Shown: positions 56,329 through 64,000 of the stretch, piece by piece
Layout: each line of letters begins with the position of its first letter
Numbering within the stretch: position 1 is the first letter of the stretch
Assembly (NCBI GenBank): GCA_029953675.1
Contig: JAMWBK010000004.1
Coordinates: 868,001-932,000, forward strand
From: Rhodosorus marinus CCMP1338
Taxonomy: Eukaryota > Plantae > Rhodophyta
Length of the DNA: 64,000 nucleotides
Direction: 5' to 3'
Notes under the pieces: model-generated
Databases searched by the model: none
Told to the model about the DNA's origin: nothing
Seen by the model: only the letters and a program-made list of their open reading frames with translations
Program-made: the position numbers and the translations under genes

Positions 56329-58354
56329 GGACTTTACTAGCATAGCCTGAAGCGCTACGCAAGGCGTGAAGATGAACTAATAACTAGGGAGGGAAGTATG
56401 CAACCCCAGGCGCCGATGGCGCGCCTCGGAAAGCATGTCGCTGGAATATCGCCAAAGGGAGACACTTAAACGCCTCAAGAGCGCCAAATATTCAGTAGGA
56501 TGCTCAGCAAAACATTTCCGCAACCACTCTAAACCCGACTTATCCACGTGACCAAAGCTTTCCACAATGTGCGTCCGGCGTGTGAACGCGTGTTGAAGAC
56601 CATCATAAATTGTCAAAAGCGGGGGCGGCAGGGTCACTGGATCCTCGTTGGTCAAAGCTCGAGCCAAGAGGCAGGCACTTCGCATCTGGAAGGTCACCAA
56701 CGTTCGCAGCGCGGTAGCCCAGGTGGCAACCGCCGCTGGCGAGCATACCAGCCCACGGTCTGCGACGCCGAATCCCCCTAATCGCAACGGTAGAGCGATC
56801 TGTGCACGAATAAAGTCCCTGTCGGGAGCAGCTTCAAGATCGAGGGGCTCATCCAAGAGCGTTCCCCAGTGTTGCAGGGTCATTTCGTCGGCTTTAGCCG
56901 CGATCCACGAGCCCCAAGCTCGAGGCAGGCTGCGCAACCAGTAGTTGAGTCTGGGACCGGCACAAAAGCGGGAAAGCAAGCAGGCCGATTGCAGCATGCT
57001 GTCGGGTAGGTGCTCAATGGCGTCGGTGAGTTGCTTCTGCCGTGCCAAAACTCGCTCGCAGGATGCTTGGACAAAGTTGTCAGTCCCCAATCCGACGCCG
57101 TGGTGTTCGAACCCTTCACGTTCGCTGATTAGTCGCAGAGTGGGTGGCAGAGAGTTCAGCGACACGTCCCTCGGGGAGAAAGCGACATTTTTCTGTTTCC
57201 ACAGTCAAACCGACGCGACGTGCAATCGCTTCGATCGCGGTCAGTCCCCTAGCCAGGGTGTCAGGGGTGCCCAGCAATGTTACGTCATCGTGGTACGCGC
57301 AGATTCGAAGATCCGAGACCTCAGTCGAAAGACGTAAAAGTACGAGCTGTAGGGCACAGGCATGAAGAAGAGGTCCGCAAGGGTCGCCTTGTTGGACGCC
57401 AGTATGTGCTTGAAAAACAGTGCCCTCCGTTGTCAAGTAGGGGAGGCTCTCCCCTCCGTAAATACCCGATAGAAACGGCCACGCCTCCGGAAACACACGT
57501 CGGAGCACCTCTAGCGCATGCGTCCGCGACACGCTGTTGAATGCGTTCCGGAAATCAACCACCAAGACTCCCCACTCTGGCCTACTGGCGCGTTCTAGCT
57601 CGATCCCATGGGTGATCAGTTCACAACCCCCAGAGAATCCCACCCCTACTTGCAAGGGCGCCATAAAAGCTGTGACGCGCTGGCGAAGGCGCTGGCATAG
57701 CCACCTCCCGGCTAACTTCCGTAGGCTCTCCACCATCCCGATCGGCCGGAGACGCGGGTGGGCCGGCTGGTGGTCAGGTTTCGTGAGCAAGCAAAGCTGT
57801 GCCTGCCGGAGATGTTCCCATGGCGCAGACGCACCCGATACGCCCTGGAACAACTTGTTAAGGATCCTCAGAAGCGCGCTCTTGCCAGGCTGGCTCAGGG
57901 CCTGCAATAGCTCTGTTCTTAGTCCGGAGGGTCCGGGACAGCGTCCCCGACGCGAGGTACGAAGCAAATCCTCCAGGTCAGACTCACTGAGCGTCAGATC
58001 GATGCGAAACCTGGCCAACTCCGGACGGTCCAAGAATACCTCGAATTCAGGGGACAAATCCACGTCGGACTCAGGGAACAAAGACGACACCGTCTGGGCG
58101 AGACTATCATCGTAGGGGAGGACAGGCGCCTGGCCCTCCAAAACCCGCGCCGCTCGACTTAAATCGCCCACTGCTACCAATTTCTGTACTCGAGCCGGCA
58201 CGGGCGACACTGTGCCATGCCGAGTCCGACGGGCGGATGGTGCTGACGACGCCAAATAGCTGCGCTGTAGTACTTCGAAGTCTCCCTTCAAGAACAGGGC
58301 CAGTCGGTCTCGTACTCGCCATCTGCGCTCCGATGTGTGAATGGGGGCCAGAAT
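56329..58354 (-). mobile_element. Family B copy (RT, thumb, internally deleted RLE) inserted in the gypsy leader, with 11-bp TSD
   Basis: CCAGTACTACT at 56318-56328 and 58355-58365. RT ORF 57116-58291 with DFRNAFN, GVQQGDPCGP, YHDD. Confidence 0.93.
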
Positions 58355-58463
58355 CCAGTACTACTAGAACCAGAAAAGAACCAGAGGAATCCTATATAAC
58401 CAGTGAACCACGAGAACCCCTATAGAACCAGAACCCTGAACCAGAAAACCTGACAGAACCAGA

Positions 58464-59257
58464 ATGGCCGCATTGATTAAGATCCAGGCCCCGCAGCCAC
58501 GAGCATACGATGGCAAACGGGACGCGCTTACTATTAGTACATTCTTGAACAAACTCAGAACGTATTTAAGTTGGCCCGTCTGCCTGACGATGATGAAGTC
58601 TAAAAGATTACCCTCGCAGAGGGATATCTCAATGGCTACGCTTCGTATTGGTGGTCCCTGATACCTGAATCGCAAAAACCCACGAGCTACGCCGGATTTG
58701 AGGATGCTTTAAAATCGCAGTTCTACCCTGCAGACGCTAAGATCCGGGCTAAACAACAATTGGCTCGAGCCGTACAACGTTCATCAGTTGCAGCGTACAC
58801 CTCCTATTTCAATAAGTGCCTGATACAAGTTGGGGAAATATCCGAGTCGGAGAAATTCGATCGATTTGTGGATGGCCTGAAACCGGAAATAATGAAATTC
58901 ATTTTTATTCAGGATATTTCCACGTTTGAAGATGCTCAATCCCTGGCACTCAAAATCGAGGGCGCCGACCTCGCGAGCCAAGGGCTTCGACGGGATATCC
59001 CAGATCCGCGACAACGGAAGCTGGAATGTAGAGTAACTTCGGTACCAAGAGGTACTCGATCTGGCCGGCGCTACCAACCTGGAGTACAACCCGGCATACA
59101 AGCGTTGCAGCGACGTGATTACACGCATATCGTTTGTAATTACTGCGGCAAGAAGGGACACACTCAACGTGTCTGTTGGGAGAATCCTAATAGAGACCCG
59201 ACAGTCTCGAAGTCTACACCTCCTACAACCCAGCAGTTAAACGAGGGGCGGCAGTGA
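58464..59257 (+). pseudogene. Ty3/gypsy gag, disrupted
   Basis: Retrotransposon gag motifs (YDGKRD, SVAAYTSYF...FVDGLKPEI) and CCHC knuckle CNYCGKKGHTQRVC, split over frames. Confidence 0.85.
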
Positions 59258-62200
59258 CACACGCCGACACTGTTGCCGAACCAGGCGTCTCACTGACGGC
59301 ACTGACGGCAGATATGACTCTAGATGGATGGATCAACGGTCGGGAAATTTCTCTCTTAGTTGATACCAGCAGCAGTCACTCTGTTTTGAGGGGTACTCCA
59401 GATGCTACTCCAATTATCCTAACCCAACACGGGAAATTGGACACGGCCTCCCCGGGCACATCCATAAAAATCTTGGGCGAAGCCAACGTAACCTTACAAC
59501 TATGCGGTCACAACTTCGAGTGGCAACCTTTACGTTGTGGAAGACGCCGCAAGCCCAAGGTATTTGGGAAGAGATTTTCTCAACTACTATCAAGCGAGAT
59601 TCGACCTACCAAACCAGCTACTGATGTTGAACCCCGATAAAGGAAATAACCCAGAAGTACCAACATACGAACCGGAAAAACCAGAAAACCATCCTGACAC
59701 ACAACCTGAATACCCAGAAGATCAACTTGTCTATCCAAAAGAACAACCTAAAAACCCTGCAGAACCGAAACCTGAAAACCCGGAAAATTACTGTGAAGAA
59801 AACCCTCAAGAATTTGTTACGAAGAACCAGAAAACAACAACCAAAGTCAACCTGGCGATTGTCAACTGTCGGAGGAACCCGCAACCAAAAATATCATGAA
59901 GATTACACACGAACGAATGGTTTAATCGGAGGCTGAAAAAAAAAACCCCGAGGGGAAAAAAAGACTAAGCGCGGCGAAGTACTCGCGCCTCCAACATCAA
60001 AGCGGCATTCATGCGCCACAGCAGGAAACTTAAGCGGGTAAACAACGATTGAAGACGGTCAAGATTACACAAGGGCGAACAAAGACGATCGATGTGGAGA
60101 AATTTATTACGGATAAATACGCGGACGTTTTCGTGGAGGATATTACGGATCTGCCTCCTTGGCGAAATGTCAATTTCACGATCGATTTGAAACCCGGAAC
60201 TGAGCCAACATCCCAAAGACCATACCGCATGAGTCTTGCGGATCAGAAGGAGCTGAAGACTCAACTAAATGACCTGCTGAGCAAAAACCTTGTTCAACCT
60301 AGCTCGTCGCCTTTTACTTCACCCTGTCTTTTTGTGGACAAAAAGGATGGTGGGCGGCGACTGTGCATAGACTACCGTAAATTGAACCAGGTAACAATCG
60401 TCAACAAGACCAGCCCGCCAAGGATAGACGATTGTCTGGATGCTCCCGGCAACGCCACATATCTCAGTGTGATCGATTTGAGGAGTGGTTATTGGGAACT
60501 ACGAGTGGAGGAGAAAGACATTCTGAGAACAGCATTCACGACGCCATTTGGTCTTTACGAGTGGTTAGTGATGCCGTTTGGACTGACAAATGCTCCTGCT
60601 GTGTTTACTCGACTATTGAACAGTATTTTCTTCAACAAGTTAAACGTTTTCGTCATGAATTTCTTTGACGACAGTATTATCTACTCGGCGAATAAGGAAG
60701 ACCACAAAGGACATCTAGACATCGTCTTCTCGAAGCTGAGAAACCACCGACTCTATACAAAGCGGTCAAAGTGCGTCTTCGGTGTACCAGAAACGAAATA
60801 TTTGGGTCATCTGGTTGGGAGTGGGAGACGACGGCCGGATCCTGGCAAGGTAGCCGCCCTTAAAAATTGGCGAGTCCCAGAAAATGTGCACGATGTCAGG
60901 TCCTTCTTGGGTTTTACGGGCTATCTCCGTAACTATGTGCCACGATTCAGCCTGGTAGCAGCACCCCTGACAAACCTCACGAGGAAGAATGTAGATTTTC
61001 TGTGGGGACCGGAGCAGCAGAAAGCATTTGACACCCTGCGGGAGAAATTGATGCAGCAGCCAGTATTACGAAATCCGGATTTTACAAAAACCTTCACAAT
61101 TTGTACTGATGCCAGCAATAAAGGAGTAGGGGCTGCGTTGTTGCAAACCTTCGAAGATGGAGAACATCCACTTGCGTACTTCTCACAGCGGTTCACCACT
61201 ACGGAGGAGAAGTATTCCACTTATGAACGAGAACTCTACGCGTTGACCCTAGCGGTATTACATTGGCGGACGTACGTCGAGGGCCAACGATTTGGGCTTC
61301 GAACAGATCATAAACCACTACGATTTCTACATTCCCAGCGGGAATTAACAAAACGACAGACAAGATATGTCAATAGACTCCTGCCGTTTACTTTTGATAT
61401 CGAATACAAGAAAGGAGCAGAAAATATCGCAGACCCTCTCAGCCGAGGAGCGATCAACCAGCTGGCGGTCTCCGGTATATTACCCCAAGAAGATTGGACC
61501 GGAGCATATCTACAAGATCCTGATTTCGCAGCAGTCTACCCAGAAGCAGTGAAGTACGCGGAGCAGGGATCTCGTAGAAAGCAGGACATTTTATACAAAC
61601 ATCATCGCGTTCGTGTGCCGCGGAAATTCGTACCGGACTTACTGCGGAAACACCATGATGAACCAACCGGAGGTCATTTTGGCCTTCATAAAACGGTTAA
61701 CCTATTAATGCGGCGATATTATTGGCGGACTTTAAGAGACGATGTTCAGTCCCTGATCCGAACCTGTGAAATCTGCCAACGGCAAAAACCATTGAGAGCT
61801 TCTCAGGGATTTCTACAACCACTTCCTGTACCTGAGTCAAAGTTGGGGGACATCACCATGGATTTCATTGCTAGTCTTCCCATTACTAAGTCCGGAGCTG
61901 ACGCAATTCTAGTGATTGTTGATCGTTTCTCGAAATACGCGAAATTTATCGCTACAAGGACGGATGCAGACGCTCGTATGACGACAGAGCTGTTTTTCGA
62001 ACACTGGGTGCGTTTTGCAGGCTTACCGCAGACGATAGTCTCCGATCGAGATTCCAAGTTTACCAGGCTCTTTTGCCAGCAACTAATGAGGATGCTCAAG
62101 GTAAAAACTCGCTTAAGTACGTCATACCATCCCCAGACGGATGGACAGACAGAACGAGTTAACCAGACTTTGGAGACCCATTTGCGGTGTAACAGTAGAC

Positions 62201-62318
62201 AAGCGACATGGGCCTCTGATCTTCCCATGGCGGAGCTGGTATATAATACACAAATTTCTGAGTCCAGTAAGTACTCACCGTTTGAGCTCCTATATGGGCG
62301 AAACCCTAACCCTTTGAT
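59254..62318 (+). pseudogene. Ty3/gypsy pol (protease, RT, RNase H, integrase), frameshifted, interrupted and 3'-truncated
   Basis: LLVDTSSSHS (protease), KKDGGRRLCIDYRKLN, MPFGL, FFDD (decayed YXDD), TDAS (RNase H), HHCC integrase (GHFG...CEICQ), TMDF, VSDRD, QTDGQTER. Domain order is gypsy-type. Confidence 0.93.
59909..60060 (-). mobile_element. 152-nt family A 3' micro-insertion inside gypsy pol with 10-11-bp TSD
   Basis: AAGATTACAC(A) at 59899 and 60061 flanks the A tail, 3' UTR and last codons. Confidence 0.93.
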
Positions 62319-63530
62319 CGCGAGCCTCTCGCGGGGTGTCTTGCTTCCCAGCGTACCGGAAAGCGCCCAAGACTTGTTTCTGGAGCTCCAAACCGCCCTG
62401 AATTCCTGTACTAGTCTCCCCGAAGCCGTTCAACCCCGTCTTCCTGACTGGCGAGCTGTATTTGACCGGTCTCGAGGCTCCGCCCCAGGGATTCGTCCTG
62501 CGCCTGAACCTGTTCTAGGGAACCTGTTCTAGGGGAGATTGACCCAGTGGTTGCCGCAGAAAAAGAAGTTCCAGTTGATCCTCCTGATGATTCCCAGCGC
62601 GCTGGGAGCCGAGCTCAAGCACGCACGGATGCGCTGCAAAATATTCTTTCTTGAGACTTGCACCGTGCTGCATATGGCCGACTCCTCGCGCAGATGGTCT
62701 CATCTTCTCGCGCTCGCGCCCGCCTACGTAGTCTTGGAGGGGTTATTAGCTCTCAGTGGCTCATGACCGTACCAGCCTTTCCGCCACTCACACTGTCGGA
62801 TTTCGAAGTGCGTACTTCACTGCGCTTATACCTCGGCTTACATCAGCCCCCCTGGCCGTACGAGATGGGTTCGTCGTGCCCTCTCTGCTCTCAGACTGAA
62901 GACAACGCAGATTTTGGCGCCCACCTGCTCGCTAGTTGCCCGGCGGTGAAAGGTGCTCGAGCCCGCCGCCATACACGGATCTTGAACCTGTTATACCGGG
63001 AACTTCGGCCTATAGTCCGGCAAGCCGGTCTGGAAATCGAACGTGAGAAACCTTTACCCGTCGCGGACTTTCAAAATGATGAACGCCGTGTAGCCGACCT
63101 GGTGATCACCTGTGACGACAGCCGCCGTACCACATACGTTGATCTTGCTGTTCCTAACCCTCAAGCTAGTCGTTATCTCCCGGCTGCGGGGGAGCGCCGT
63201 GGATGTGCCGCCGCCAGCATGAGACGCCGCAAAGAGATCAAATACAGGGGGGCTTTGTCTTCCCCTGGTGTTCGTGCTTCGGCACTAGCCCATCGCTTGG
63301 TACCCCTGATCATTGAGTGCTTTGGGTTCATGGACTCTGTTGGTTCTCGCTGGCTTCGGGAGTTGTTCCGCGAAGGCCCTGACCGTCTTCAATCGTTGTT
63401 TACCCGCTTAAGTTTCCTGCTGTGGCGCATGAATGCCGCTTTGATGTTGGAGGCGCGAGTTCTTCGCCGCACTTAGTCTTTTTTTCCCCTCGGGGTTTTT
63501 TCTTTCAGCCTCCGATTAAACCATTCGTCG
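62319..63530 (+). mobile_element. Family A young 5'-truncated copy fused to the gypsy integrase
   Basis: Intact RLE ORF 62658-63476 and A tail. 14-bp duplication AACCTGTTCTAGGG near 62507-62534 shifts the frame. Gypsy sequence does not resume afterwards. Confidence 0.92.
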
Positions 63531-63719
63531 TTTGAACCTACCAGAGCTAACGATAACGGGAGCCTAGTACCTGCGTCTGTCATCAGAGGGCGACAGCTCT
63601 GGCTTGTATCCACATCAACATCGTCCGTACAAGATCGTCTTGGATGTCGATTAAGCTCGTTCGAAGAGAGTGTAGTCGTCATGCTGTAAATACTCTAGCA
63701 CGCAGCGCATGACATGAAC

Positions 63720-63925
63720 ATATCACCTCACGTACTAACAATGCAGACGAAGAGCTGAAACATCTGTGCCCGATTCCGTCGCGGGTGCTGGGACGTTACA
63801 TACCTTGACGCGCGCGAAAGAAAATTCAAATTGCCCCCATATCAGGTCGATCCCGGTCAACACCAAGTAAGAAATATGCCTATTAAACGCGTGAGCGTCG
63901 ACTACTTTTTGTGCTAAAGGCAATC
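63720..63925. repeat. Dispersed repeat of unknown class, also at about 45660-45830 plus 46100-46160
   Basis: ATCACCTCACGTA.TAACAATGC...GAAGAGCTGAAA.ATCTGTGCCC.ATTCCGT and GAGC.TCGACTACTTTTT shared between the two loci. Confidence 0.7.
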
Positions 63926-64000
63926 CTCGTAACGAGGGAGGGCAGTTGAGGGGAGGACTTTTTGTTGTGCCTTAGGTTCATCAACGTCCGACGCCCGGCT

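Noticed and set aside
1-64000. CRISPR array, rRNA or tRNA genes
   Set aside because: No regularly spaced repeats with unique spacers and no recognisable rRNA or cloverleaf sequence. The short recurrent repeats are retroelement tails.

Overview
Eukaryotic, intron-poor, transposon-dense window. The style of the C2H2 gene and the intronless genes suggest a red alga or similar protist, but this is inference only. Host genes: two tandem ferric-reductase (FRO-like) copies, the second a pseudogene; a secreted astacin-EGF-C2 metalloprotease with His-to-Asp at the third zinc ligand; two paralogous secreted multidomain proteins of bacterial GSDH/PQQ-dehydrogenase type (Big_5 and NPCBM-like modules); a four-finger C2H2 protein; and a small secreted 8-Cys protein. 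Much of the rest is a nest of at least three, probably four, families (here A, B, C, D) of non-LTR retrotransposons encoding RT plus a C-terminal restriction-like endonuclease (CRE-like, no APE domain), and one decayed Ty3/gypsy element. The most interesting signals lie in how these elements insert. They end in short family-specific repeats rather than poly(A): A in (TTCG)n, B in AGTAAAGTCC. They leave 30-50 nt micro-insertions with clean target-site duplications. Young family B inserts at CT^AGT, a motif present in its own tail, and builds iterated tail arrays. Three copies carry internal inversions, two of them fold-back duplications. No rRNA, tRNA or CRISPR array was recognised. No database searches were run; identities quoted are by eye.
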